Positions 19,992-30,212 of a stretch of 64,000 nucleotides of DNA are shown in pieces; within the stretch, counting starts at the first letter, position 1; each line of letters starts with the position of its first letter. The DNA comes from Candidatus Poribacteria bacterium (GTDB taxonomy: Bacteria > Poribacteria > WGA-4E > WGA-3G): the NCBI GenBank assembly GCA_963663765.2, contig CAXXUA010000013.1, positions 288,001-352,000 of the forward strand. The letters are read 5' to 3'. The translations under genes were made by a program, and so were the position numbers. A model generated the notes under the pieces. That model ran no database searches and had not been told where the DNA came from. It saw only the letters and a program-made list of their open reading frames with translations.

Positions 19992-20128
19992 CATTCTGCC
20001 AGATTGTGTGGGTAACTTTAGCACAATCTGCCAGATTGTGTGGGTAACTTTAGCACATTCTGCCAGATTGTGCGTGTAGTTGTAGCACATTCTGCCAGAT
20101 TGTGCATATAAATTATTCTGCCAGATTC
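19992..20128. repeat. Short tandem array, 5 x TCTGCCAGATT, period ~32 bp
   Basis: CA(T/A)TCTGCCAGATTGTG units separated by TGGGTAACTTTAGCA (x2), CGTGTAGTTGTAGCA and a shorter last linker. Confidence 0.85.
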
Positions 20129-20317
20129 TATCGTCAAATTAGACGCTATGATAATTAAAAATACTTCAACGAAAACCTGAAGTTATTTTTATTTATGTAA
20201 TCCTAACAATATCACAGAGCAATGGTAGATCAACACTATATACTCATTCAACTGAAGCACTCAAAAATGGCGAAGGTATCCTTCTAAAAAACACTATTTT
20301 TATCAGAGAGGATACCA

Positions 20318-21866
20318 ATGTTTAGTATATCATTAGCAAGTTGTGAAGTCAAAGAATTTAGAGAAGATGCAAACCATTTTGTAGAAAAGATCAATAATGT
20401 TTTACACACCCTTAGTTCAGACAGTCTTTATGTAGACGTTATGGAGATAATAGTCTTAGAGAGGATGCGTTCGTTAGGTCAAATGATGTTAGAAATGGGT
20501 GTTCTCAAACATTCCGTTGAACAAGTTTCTGGATCTGTTGAATGTCCACAATGTCAACAAGCGTGTCGTCCGTATCGTAAAAGAGAACGCCGTATTACGA
20601 CGCTATGTGGTGTTATTCGTGTTGACCGTTGGGTGTATCGTTGTGCTTCGGGTTATTATCATTTTCCGTGGGATACGAAAGAAAAGTTGAAAGGTCAATA
20701 CACACATCGTGTAGCTGAAGTGATGTGTCGTCTATCTGCGCGTCTTGACTTCAGGGAGGCATCAGAGGAGTTGTCTCGTCAAGGGATAGAAGTCAGTCGG
20801 ACGACCCTCAATCAAAATGTGCGTGAATGGTCAAAAGCGTTGCGGGTTTCACAACAAGTGGAAACACAAAAACTTGAGGCAAATCAGCGGTGGTATGTCA
20901 GTTGTGATGGCTGTTATACGAACTCACCGGATGGGTGGACTGAAGTGAAAGTAGGAAGTATTTATAGAGATTACCCGCACTATGGTTCTATTGCGAAAGC
21001 GAGTGTTAGAACGCCAAGTATTCGTTATGTTGCGACCCGTCATAATGCGGAAGACTTTGGTAAGGAGTTGTATGCGTTAGCCACCAACAGCGGTATCTAT
21101 CAAGAAGATATAGATACACAAGAGGTTGTCTTTATTGGCGATGGTGCTGCGTGGATTTGGAACTTAGCGGATGAATACTTCCCGAATGCCGTTGAGATTG
21201 TGGATTACATGCACGCCACATCTCATCTGTATAATGTTGCGAAACACGCCTTCGGTGAGATGGAAACAGAAGCGATAGAAGCCTGGATCAAAGCAACAGA
21301 ACCGCTCCTTTACGATGGCAACATCACAGAAGTCGTTTCAAGCATCCGTGCCTTAGCCACACAGCACCCGGAAGTTTCAGATAGTTTAGAAAGAGAAGCA
21401 AGATATTTTGAAAAACATGCAAAACGTATGCACTATAAAGTATTTAGAGAAAAAGGGTATCAGATTGGTAGTGGCGTAATTGAGAGTGCCTGTAAACATG
21501 TTATTGGACAAAGATGTAAACAAGCTTCTATGACGACTTGTGCCAGTTAATCAATTGTTTTTATAGTTATCACATATATTAGGTTTATAATGCACACATA
21601 TCGTCCCTACGGGACTAAAGAGGGTGTACTATGACGTTTTTCTATAAACATATCGTCCCTACAGGACTGAAGATCGTTACAAACTATGAAGTACACCTGC
21701 AAAACGTCATGTTTATGTGAAACAATGATTAACATATAGTTATTTAGCACAACTCGTTTCTATGAGATGGGAGAAACCGGGTATCAATGCTGTTCTAAGT
21801 TGGAGGTGTCTGTTGAAGAATAATGCCTGGGACAGATATTGGTATCCAGACACAAAAGCCGCATAA
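20318..21866 (+). pseudogene. ISKra4-like transposase interrupted near its 3' end by MITE D
   Basis: FIGDGAAWIW, VDYMHA, IGSGVIESACKH..QRCKQASM|insert|RWEKPGINAVL...DTKAA*. Confidence 0.9.
21533..21757. mobile_element. MITE family D (TIR ACGACTTGTGC)
   Basis: ACGACTTGTGC / GCACAACTCGT; 7-bp TSD TTCTATG; carries two family C palindromes. Confidence 0.9.
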
Positions 21867-21929
21867 CACTTAGTTACAAAATTTTACACACCCCTCTCCC
21901 ACAAGGTTTTGTGGGAGAGTTCTAATCTT

Positions 21930-24050
21930 TTATTGCATCGGTCCCATTCCAGACATCATCATCATAGTTTGTATCAACTGTTTGAAGTCACCAAAGGCGA
22001 TATGGAATTTTGTGCCGATTCCACCATCCTGTACTTTTGCAGAAAAACCGATGCTGTAGTTTTCAGGTACTCCCATCAACATACCCATAAACATCTGCAT
22101 TTCTGCTGCTGCGTTTGGATCAGCTCTTCCCATCATATTCACAACGCTTTTTGCAGCCGTTAAAGGAGAAAAACCCATTATAAAGTTATTATCTTTCCCC
22201 AACACTTCAATGAGTCTTTGATAACTCAAGTTAGCTGCCAGTTTGTCACCTTCTTCGGATTTACTATCCAGTGCTAACTTAATTAATTCTGGTCCACCTA
22301 AAGCAAAATATAGATGTCCATCAGAAAATGCGTAAGACCACTGCCATTCTTGCGGTATAAGCATGGCAATTTCATCAGGAAGTTCTCCCAGTGCTGAACC
22401 AAAATTGGGAAATACATAAGACTTGATCTCAACTTCGTTATGCATGATAGGTTCACCCATATACGCATTTTCATAAATGCTCAATTGAGGAGAATCACCT
22501 ATATGTTCTTTCATAAGATCAACCATAGCTTGAAGTTGCACTAATATTTTCTCATCGTAATAGGCTTTAACTTTTTCTTCATCCTTGACTTCATAGATTG
22601 TCAGATAGTCAGGGATGAGACTGTTACCAAAATTAATTGTAAAAGTCCATTCATCACCAATAGACTCATACATTTCTTTCATTGGTTGGAATATCTTTTC
22701 AAAATCTTGTAACTGTTCAGTTTGCTCGTTAAATAATGCTTTTACGAATAGCGTGCTTAAGTCGAGCAACATTGATGTATTACCTTGAAGTGCACCTGCC
22801 ATGAAACCGATATTTGGCAATTCATCTATGAGACTTAAATCTCCAGGTTTCATGTCCTTTAATAAATCATGTACTTTTCCGTCGTTCTTGAAATTTAGGT
22901 CCAGCGAGAATAGAACATCTGTTCCGTTGACCTGTATTGTTGAACCAACAGATTTCGCATCTTCAACAAACATGAGCAATTTATCAATCATGTTTTCTAA
23001 CATTGGCACTGAAGCCATTGATGCAGGATCACTTTCCATTGCATCTACAATAGACTGTTTTCCTTCAATCAACATGGCACTAAAAGGTGCTATGATGGAT
23101 TCAAGGTCGAATAAGGCATATACCTGTTCCTTTGCTTCCAATATATTGCTGAGAAATGTAGTATAATCCGTATTATTTTGGATTGAGTTCTTTGCACCTT
23201 TTTTGATATCAATGATGTTCTCACATACTTCAGGCATCTGTGAAAACACAAATATGTTTTCTAAAATAGCGAAACTTCCGCTCCCTTCAGCTGAACTCCA
23301 GTATGTAACTCCATTGTATTCTTTGGGTTCACTACCTTCAGCTTCAGCATCAATAACATCTTTTATTGCAACTGGATCCGTTAAGTGAACTATTGCAGAT
23401 AGGTTAAGTGGGTCTAAACTTGTCATGAAGACAGCAAAATCTTGGTTCAAATCAAGACCAATTTCCTCTAACTCTGACAAACTTTCAAATCCTGCACTAA
23501 ACAAACCTGCCAAAATATTAGCCAAGACCTCTTGTTCAGGTCCAGCTTGCGGCATCAGATCCTCGGCTAACCTATTTACTCTATCATTCAACTCAAGCAA
23601 GCTGGGACAATAGATGATTCCCATAGCTGATTCAGGGATGAGATTTAAAACACTTTCATCAGGTAAATCAACTTTTTCTTTTAAGACATCTGAATTTTGT
23701 TGATTGGAACTTGAGTCAACTTTTACATCTGCTGAAACAAAACTTGTTCTTACCTTCACATCAGCTTCTACGAATTGTGGTTTTACATGTTGAATTGTTT
23801 CAGGTGAACGTGGTCTGTCACGTAGGTCTGATTCAGGTGAACGGCGCAGTTGTTCTCTGAGTTCTGCTTCAGATGTATTAGATTTATTGCTTATTTCAGT
23901 TTCATTAGAAATAACTGCTTTTGTCTTTATAATACTTTCTATATGGGAAGTTTCAACTGATGAAGTAGATTCTTTTGTTCCATAAGCAATAAATACCAAC
24001 ATTGATAGTAAAACAATAGTGATAATGTTTAAATGCAAATACCTTTTCAT
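21930..24050 (-). CDS. Large exported hypothetical protein (acidic, Met-rich C-terminus)
   Basis: 706-aa ORF with RBS AGGAG and signal peptide; short N-terminal repeats RSPE x2 and FV.ADVKV x2. Confidence 0.8.
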   Translation of the reverse strand: MKRYLHLNIITIVLLSMLVFIAYGTKESTSSVETSHIESIIKTKAVISNETEISNKSNTSEAELREQLRRSPESDLRDRPRSPETIQHVKPQFVEADVKVRTSFVSADVKVDSSSNQQNSDVLKEKVDLPDESVLNLIPESAMGIIYCPSLLELNDRVNRLAEDLMPQAGPEQEVLANILAGLFSAGFESLSELEEIGLDLNQDFAVFMTSLDPLNLSAIVHLTDPVAIKDVIDAEAEGSEPKEYNGVTYWSSAEGSGSFAILENIFVFSQMPEVCENIIDIKKGAKNSIQNNTDYTTFLSNILEAKEQVYALFDLESIIAPFSAMLIEGKQSIVDAMESDPASMASVPMLENMIDKLLMFVEDAKSVGSTIQVNGTDVLFSLDLNFKNDGKVHDLLKDMKPGDLSLIDELPNIGFMAGALQGNTSMLLDLSTLFVKALFNEQTEQLQDFEKIFQPMKEMYESIGDEWTFTINFGNSLIPDYLTIYEVKDEEKVKAYYDEKILVQLQAMVDLMKEHIGDSPQLSIYENAYMGEPIMHNEVEIKSYVFPNFGSALGELPDEIAMLIPQEWQWSYAFSDGHLYFALGGPELIKLALDSKSEEGDKLAANLSYQRLIEVLGKDNNFIMGFSPLTAAKSVVNMMGRADPNAAAEMQMFMGMLMGVPENYSIGFSAKVQDGGIGTKFHIAFGDFKQLIQTMMMMSGMGPMQ

Positions 24051-24090
24051 TGGATTCTCCTATGATTGTTATTCCATTAGATTAGATGCC

Positions 24091-25212
24091 TTAATTAGAC
24101 GTATTTGATATTTTTTCTTGAATTGCGTTAATCTCATTTTTAGATGTTAACACACTAATTTCAACTTCATAATGACGACGACCGCCAGGTTCAATATGTT
24201 GTAAAGTACCGTTCTCTCTTTCAGATGCTCTTCCTTCAACTTTGCAGTTAGATGGTTCTAAACCCATCACATAAGCTCCATGACCGCACATTTTCCACTG
24301 AACAAAATTAGGGAATTGTGTTTTATGGTACCGCACGGCTATACCGATACCTTGACCTTGATTAAAACCATGATTAACAAGTGCTACACGAATATGATTA
24401 TCTACATCAGGTTCCATTTTGTGGTAGTAGACCTGTTCCTGAAAATCGACGGAAGGCGGTTCACCAAAGTTATATTTTGTGATATTATTTTTTGCATGAT
24501 CGTCACGGGGTGTTACTTGAGAAGAAGGAGCTAGCAATTCACTTCCATCTGCAAGTATTGGAAAACCAATATTGATGTGAAAAAGATACATGTGTGGACA
24601 ATCTTGATATCCAAGATTTTCAATAATGTCTTCAATATGTATTTTGTTTGATCCTAATTCTGTCCAGATGCGGCGTGTGCGACATAAATGTTCACCCAAT
24701 GCTGTGATTTCTGATACCTTACCTTGTACCCACATGATGTATCTGTTACCTTCCCATCGGGTATCAACCCAAACATTTTTCGCTGGTATGTGTGAAACTC
24801 TACCATGAAGACCGAGGTCTTCATCACCGTCAACGTTAGGTGATCCAGCTTGTATCATTCCGCATGTTGTCAACAATCCACCATAGAAACCGCGCAACCA
24901 TCCGAGTCCATTGGGATCGTAATGAGATGCTTCTACATCACCTGTTCCTGAACGCCAACATAGTGGAATTCCATTGTAATCTGCATAGGAAATGTCCAAA
25001 CCCCTGTTTGGCAACACAGTGAAGTTTAATCCTGAACCCGTGCGAAAGCCGATTGCATCTGTTCCTTTCTCATTACCATCATTAAGTTGGTAAACCTTCG
25101 CTTCTGCTACTTGGGATATATCCCCCAAGTGGCGAAGCAATTGTATTCTATCATAGTTTTCTCCATATAGATGTATCAATTCATCGTTCTCCTTAACTAT
25201 GAGATTTGTCAT
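24091..25212 (-). CDS. Aldose 1-epimerase-like (DUF4432) protein
   Basis: RTGSGLNFTVLPNRGLDI, GGLLTTCG, GLHGRVS, FHINIGFP, YVMGLEP. Confidence 0.88.
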   Translation of the reverse strand: MTNLIVKENDELIHLYGENYDRIQLLRHLGDISQVAEAKVYQLNDGNEKGTDAIGFRTGSGLNFTVLPNRGLDISYADYNGIPLCWRSGTGDVEASHYDPNGLGWLRGFYGGLLTTCGMIQAGSPNVDGDEDLGLHGRVSHIPAKNVWVDTRWEGNRYIMWVQGKVSEITALGEHLCRTRRIWTELGSNKIHIEDIIENLGYQDCPHMYLFHINIGFPILADGSELLAPSSQVTPRDDHAKNNITKYNFGEPPSVDFQEQVYYHKMEPDVDNHIRVALVNHGFNQGQGIGIAVRYHKTQFPNFVQWKMCGHGAYVMGLEPSNCKVEGRASERENGTLQHIEPGGRRHYEVEISVLTSKNEINAIQEKISNTSN

Positions 25213-25330
25213 TTAGATAAAATGTTTTTGATTTTTCGGCATTATAGCATGTTCACAAAGTAAATTCAAACAGTTATTGTATTCTAATTGATAAACTTTA
25301 ACGACAAAAGATAGACAAAGTTAACATCAC

Positions 25331-26497
25331 TTATATTTCTGATCTTAATATCTCTGCGGCTTTATATATAGTCTGTATCTTTTGTGCTGCAATATCTATA
25401 GTGTTTACTGGACGGTCAGCGAAAGTTCCAAAACCACAATCTGGATTAAGATATATCTGTTCTGGGTTGCGATGTTTTAGTAGAGGACGCACCTTTTCTA
25501 TGACAAAATCAACAGATTCAATGTTGGTTGTGCGCGGATCAACCACACCGAGTCCAATCTCTTTGTCAGACGGTAACTCGCTTAGTACTTCGGTACTTCC
25601 TGCGCGTTCTGTAGCATATTCTAACACAAATTGATTAATATTCATCCTACTAAAATAGGGAATTAGACTGTCATAAGAACCGCGCAAAAGGACATCTTCC
25701 TGTTGACTCCAGTTACCACGGCAGACATGAAGTGCGGTTTTGATGTTGCTATCTATTCCCTCAACGACACGATTCATCAGTTCCACTGCGAAATTGAGTT
25801 CTTCCTCAGGGCTGCTTTTTTCTGAAAGAGCAGCGCACATAAAGGTATGGGTTTCATGCGGTCCCGTAAATGCAACTTCGGTGAGTACAGGTTCATCAAA
25901 TTGCACAAATCCGCAGCCTGCTTCCTGTAAATCGTGCAATTCTTGGCGAAGTATTGCTACGACATCATCGCCAAGTGATTCTTTATCAGGATAAAACTCA
26001 TAAGATAACTTCTTTACCCACATTGAACGGGTCAAAAGGTAGGGACCGGGAAGGGTGACTTTGATGGGTTTTGTCGTGTGTTCTTTGAGAAAGTGGTAGT
26101 CGTTCAAGACAAGGGGTGATGTACGTTTCAGTTTACCATCAACGACCGGATTTTTTAGTGCAAATGCTGGAACATCAAGAGCGTTGAGTAGTTGTTCAAA
26201 CGCTGCTTTGTCTTCAACATAGTCAAGCATTTCTGCCAGTGTCATAAGTCTGATACCGTCAATGCATCCTGTGATGAATGAATAGAAGTTGTCACGACGT
26301 TGTTCACCATCACTAACGATGTCTACTCCATTTGCTTCTTGTAACTTGAGGCTTTCAATTACTGCTTCATCAGCAATCGTATCAAACTCTTCATCCGTGA
26401 TACGTCCTTTTTGTTTGTCGCGTAATGCCCGTGAAACTGTCTTGTATCGTGGCATGCTGCCGACAACGGTCACTGGGAATTGTGGTAAATTGTTCAC
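25331..26497 (-). CDS. Cobalamin-independent methionine synthase II family protein (catalytic MetE domain only)
   Basis: VVGSMPR, DGEQRR, KVTLPGP, QFDEP, Zn ligands LHVCRGN, LEY, NPDCGF; no N-terminal folate-binding barrel. Confidence 0.9.
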   Translation of the reverse strand: MNNLPQFPVTVVGSMPRYKTVSRALRDKQKGRITDEEFDTIADEAVIESLKLQEANGVDIVSDGEQRRDNFYSFITGCIDGIRLMTLAEMLDYVEDKAAFEQLLNALDVPAFALKNPVVDGKLKRTSPLVLNDYHFLKEHTTKPIKVTLPGPYLLTRSMWVKKLSYEFYPDKESLGDDVVAILRQELHDLQEAGCGFVQFDEPVLTEVAFTGPHETHTFMCAALSEKSSPEEELNFAVELMNRVVEGIDSNIKTALHVCRGNWSQQEDVLLRGSYDSLIPYFSRMNINQFVLEYATERAGSTEVLSELPSDKEIGLGVVDPRTTNIESVDFVIEKVRPLLKHRNPEQIYLNPDCGFGTFADRPVNTIDIAAQKIQTIYKAAEILRSEI

Positions 26498-26518
26498 TGT
26501 TCTGCTCTCCTTCTCATT

Positions 26519-26731
26519 TTATTCATCTGTTGATTCTACTAACTCTCTTTCAAAAACTATAATCACAGCGGTTGATTCACCAAAAGCTGCTGCAGGTTGA
26601 ATAACCTCACATAGTCTCCAACCTTCATTTCCTTCGCGATTTAGTGTGTCTTCAAGTTCTGGTATCTTTCTGGACTTAAAACCCCATCCCTTTTGACTTA
26701 CTCTCACAGTTTTGTATTCGTATTTTGTCAT
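26519..26731 (-). CDS. DUF4177 family small protein
   Basis: KYEYKTV...LNREGNEGWRL...IVFERE. Confidence 0.8.
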   Translation of the reverse strand: MTKYEYKTVRVSQKGWGFKSRKIPELEDTLNREGNEGWRLCEVIQPAAAFGESTAVIIVFERELVESTDE

Positions 26732-27076
26732 GACGAAATAACCTTAATCTGCTTTATATACAGGCATCAACAGAAAAATCTATGATGTATGCGGAAAGTT
26801 CTTCAATAGTCGCATCTGCGTTTCCGTTCAGTTACCCATAGGCTGCTATGAAACTTGTAGGTGTTCCATATTTTCTGCAGTTACTTCTTTGCTAAACTCA
26901 TCATCACTGATATTGTTTTGCTCAAAGAGGTCGAATAACTCAACACATGTGATGATGGAATTAACTTGGATGTTTACGCTTTGTGGTGTCATAGTTATAC
27001 CTAAAATTAAATTAATAATAATTCCTTGATAAAAACTAGATATGTTACAGTTTACAGTAATCATTGTAATTATCTG

Positions 27077-28870
27077 TTATAATGATTTATAATAGTTTTG
27101 AATCTTAGCTGATATGAGATTTCTACGCTCTTTCAAAAACTCATCATAACTTTCCACTGTTTTAGTTTCTATTTCTCGTGGTATGCAATGAGAATCTAAA
27201 TTTGCTTGTAACTGTGCATGATCACTTATTCCTCCGAATTGAGGCGTTCCGTTTTGGCACTGCTCACTTACCATCGAAAAGTATGCCGCAGGTTCTTTTG
27301 CACCAATAGCGATATTGATTTCGCTTTGCATCACAACATAGTTAGCAATCTGATTGTAACTTCCAGGTGTTAACCCATGACTCTGTAAATACTTACGTGG
27401 AAATATGTGATGAATATTAGATTGTCCTTCAAGAAGATCTCTAACTGAGATATCGCTTGAGAGAAAACCTTTATCGTTTGCCTTAACTTGGCTTGCCAGA
27501 AAAACATTAAAATAAGGACTACTTGCTACAGACGTGTCCATATTTTGTGGAAGACCAACTTCCCAGAAAGCATCAGAAAGGTCAGCTAGTTCTATTTTCT
27601 TTAGATACTGTTCTGCCCCATGTTCATTAATGTTTCGAATGTCAACGTCAAATGCAGTTTCGGGGGAACCTGTGTACCTGGCGGTCAGGATTGACATTGC
27701 AAACCACCGTCTAACCATGGTCTCTATCTTAGATGCTTCTAAGTTTTCCTTTCGTAATGTTAAATAGAGGATGTAAGCAAAATTGAGTGTGTTTTTTGAT
27801 CTTATCATTGAAGCAGTAACAAATCCTGCAGATCGCAAAATCATAATAAAACGTTTAAAGTTAGTCTCATTCATGTAACGCTGAACACCATTTTTAAGTA
27901 TGCTAAATGAATTTTCTGCTATAGATTCTTCAAAACTACGAGTTTCAAAGTTACGTCCCGATAGTAAAGCAACTAAATCACTCAAGCGTCCTCTTTTAAA
28001 TTCAGTCGTAAAGGTTACTCTAAGCATATCAGTATAGGAAGGATCATAAAGATCTTCCCTTTCATGTCTTAACCATTCCATTGTCCTGAAGTAATCAGTA
28101 TTTACAAAGCTACCATCTTGGCTTACGGTGTTATATGATTCTGGTGCGACAGCAAGATGACAAAAATAATCTATACTTTTACGTAGCAAATGACCTTCAT
28201 ATTTCTCGCTTGCAGCCATTTTGGACATTGCAAAATCTGCAGTGTTCAATGCAACACCCTGAGAATTTATACGGACAAATATCTCAGTAACTGTATTTAC
28301 ATCCAAATCAGGCTTTAATTCAATTAATCCAAGCGTATTGTTAAGGATTCCTTTTAAGCAATCAATATTGTCATCAATGGTATCTGTATCCATGTCTTTG
28401 TTGATTCTGCAGTACTCATCTACTAATTTTCGCGCTCGGGTGTCTGGATCAAAAACAACAGCAATATCTGGTATCCACTCATTACTTTTTTTATTTGCAG
28501 CGTTGGATACTTCAAAACGCCCTTCACAAGGATGAAAAGCAATCGTTATCCGTTTATGAGAATAGTCTTTGTTGAAAACCATCTGTCCTAACAAAGCTGC
28601 AAAAAGTGCCGTTACACGTTGTTGACCATCTATAAGTATACGTTTTCCGTTTGACTTTGAACCATCTTTGAGTCGGACATCTGGAGTGCGCCAAGTAATG
28701 AGATAGCCAACAGGATATCCCCGGTAGAGTGAATCAATTAAATCGCGAACTTTTGTGGAATTCCAGACAAATGGACGCTGAATTTCTGGAATAGCGATTT
28801 CATCTGAATTGTTCCAAGCAAGTATTGTTTGTATAGACTGTTGATTTACATCGTATTGATGAATTGGCAT
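27077..28870 (-). CDS. DUF262 (GmrSD-like) restriction protein with C-terminal HNH-like/DUF1524 region
   Basis: IPEIQRPFVW, LIDGQQRVT, IFVRINSQG, HHIFP..NQIAN. Confidence 0.9.
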   Translation of the reverse strand: MPIHQYDVNQQSIQTILAWNNSDEIAIPEIQRPFVWNSTKVRDLIDSLYRGYPVGYLITWRTPDVRLKDGSKSNGKRILIDGQQRVTALFAALLGQMVFNKDYSHKRITIAFHPCEGRFEVSNAANKKSNEWIPDIAVVFDPDTRARKLVDEYCRINKDMDTDTIDDNIDCLKGILNNTLGLIELKPDLDVNTVTEIFVRINSQGVALNTADFAMSKMAASEKYEGHLLRKSIDYFCHLAVAPESYNTVSQDGSFVNTDYFRTMEWLRHEREDLYDPSYTDMLRVTFTTEFKRGRLSDLVALLSGRNFETRSFEESIAENSFSILKNGVQRYMNETNFKRFIMILRSAGFVTASMIRSKNTLNFAYILYLTLRKENLEASKIETMVRRWFAMSILTARYTGSPETAFDVDIRNINEHGAEQYLKKIELADLSDAFWEVGLPQNMDTSVASSPYFNVFLASQVKANDKGFLSSDISVRDLLEGQSNIHHIFPRKYLQSHGLTPGSYNQIANYVVMQSEINIAIGAKEPAAYFSMVSEQCQNGTPQFGGISDHAQLQANLDSHCIPREIETKTVESYDEFLKERRNLISAKIQNYYKSL

Positions 28871-29019
28871 TTCGGTTCCTTCCTTGCGATAGATCGTGAT
28901 TTACAAAACTGCTTTGTATCTTTTTTAACTTCTCATATAAGTGTATTTACGAGGCGAGTCCGTGGTTTACTTTATGAAAGTATAACCAATATTGACTTCA
29001 TGAAGACATATTACAATTT

Positions 29020-29288
29020 TTAAAGTTGTTTGAGCAATTTCTCATATTCTGCATGATGACCAATCCAGAACCAATAAATGCTATTGTCTTCAAGCAAACC
29101 CAAAACATGCCAATCAATTCCGATTCGGATTGAATAAATAGGTTCTCTGGTATGCACACGTTTAAAATGAAGACTTGGGTGATTATTGTCTTCTTTCCAA
29201 AGGCGATAGTCTTACGAGCTTTTTCCTTTTTATCCTGAGGCAGCCGCCCAAAACGTGTGATAAAATTCTCTGTCAGATATGAGTTCAC
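29020..29288 (-). pseudogene. Frameshifted RelE/ParE-like toxin
   Basis: MNSYLTENF..KARK / YRLWKEDNNHPSLHFKRVH..YSIRIG..WFWIGHHAEYEKLLKQL* in two frames. Confidence 0.75.
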
Positions 29289-29502
29289 AATTCATCAATC
29301 CCCATTTGTTTCACACGACCCGCCTTAATGTCAGCACGAGCTTTTTGAGCAAGTTTAGTGAGCTGATCTTGGGATTCTGCAAAAGTCTTATCCCATCGGC
29401 GCTCATCTTCAAGTTCTTCAAGAATAATAGAAACGATGGCATCCTGCCTTTCAGGTGCGAATTTATAAATCTCAGTTCACACTTTTTCAATAGCTGCGTC
29501 AT
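29285..29502 (-). pseudogene. Frameshifted cognate antitoxin
   Basis: MTQLLKK / TEIYKFAPERQDAIVSIILEELEDERRWDKTFAESQDQLTKLAQKARADIKAGRVKQMGIDEL*, overlapping the toxin start. Confidence 0.7.
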
Positions 29503-29687
29503 TACAATGTCCCTTATATACCTTGATAACAGATATACCTTGATAACAGATATCAACAGAAACTCCAAGATATTTTCAAAAAGTCTGTCAGAAGTAACTC
29601 GTTACGAGTCTGAATAGTTCTGTCTCAGTATAAACAAAATAGCACTTTTATCATTTCGCTAAAATTACGCATTTAATAGTCTAATTG

Positions 29688-30011
29688 TTATGATTTTATA
29701 CGCACAATCTCCCTACTATTAACTGTTTTCAGTACAGCATTAACTTGAGAAATCAACGGTACAAGATCCTCAAGTCGGTTACTCTCAGCTTCCAACAATA
29801 TAATTCCAATCTCAAAATTCTCTAAGTTTTGCTGCTTAGGAATACCTTGGTCTGTTGTGATAAAAACATCAAATTCACTTGCTGCCATTGTCAACAGTTC
29901 ACCATTTTCTTTTCCCTTCCATCCACGATAACTTACTATGACTACCTCAATATCGTCCAAAATAAATCTTCGTAGTTGAAGCGGAAGATTTTCATCAAGC
30001 AACACGCGCAT
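29688..30011 (-). CDS. DUF5615 PIN-like toxin
   Basis: MRVLLDENLP, GWKGKENGELL, VFITTDQ. Confidence 0.85.
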   Translation of the reverse strand: MRVLLDENLPLQLRRFILDDIEVVIVSYRGWKGKENGELLTMAASEFDVFITTDQGIPKQQNLENFEIGIILLEAESNRLEDLVPLISQVNAVLKTVNSREIVRIKS

Positions 30012-30210
30012 CGGCAACCTCTAAAGTCATCTTTAGGTACGCAACAGCTTGCTCATGAGATACGGTCGGAAAATCGTTAAGGAAATTTTTTAGTGAATCA
30101 CCTGCAGTCAGATGTTGAATCAATACCTCAACTGGGACACGGGTCCCTGCGAAAACTAAGGCACCGTTCATTACTTTTGGGTTGTGCGAAACAATCTGTT
30201 CTTTTTTCAT
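29995..30210 (-). CDS. DUF433 antitoxin
   Basis: MNGALVFAGTRVPV..FLNDFPTV. Confidence 0.9.
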   Translation of the reverse strand: MKKEQIVSHNPKVMNGALVFAGTRVPVEVLIQHLTAGDSLKNFLNDFPTVSHEQAVAYLKMTLEVADARVA

Positions 30211-30212
30211 AA

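Larger units (their letters stand above)
19601..20279. mobile_element. Non-autonomous element with CAATACCTTCGCCA ends, inserted in the ISKra4 leader
   Basis: CAATACCTTCGCCA ... TGGCGAAGGTAT; flanking (GGTAT)CCTTCTAA duplicated; absent from IS copy 2. Confidence 0.8.
19523..21893 (+). mobile_element. ISKra4-like (UPF0236) IS copy 1, inactivated by nested insertions
   Basis: TIRs GGATGTGTAAAGTTTTTGT / ACAAAATTTTACACACCC; 9-bp TSD CTCTCCCAC; colinear with the intact copy 53604-55061. Confidence 0.92.

Noticed and set aside
19992-20128. Mini-CRISPR
   Set aside because: The repeat (17 nt) and linkers (15 nt) are too short, and the linkers are related to each other.
29518-29553. 17-bp direct duplication ATACCTTGATAACAGAT
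   Set aside because: Only two copies, upstream of a decayed TA pair; most simply a slippage duplication.
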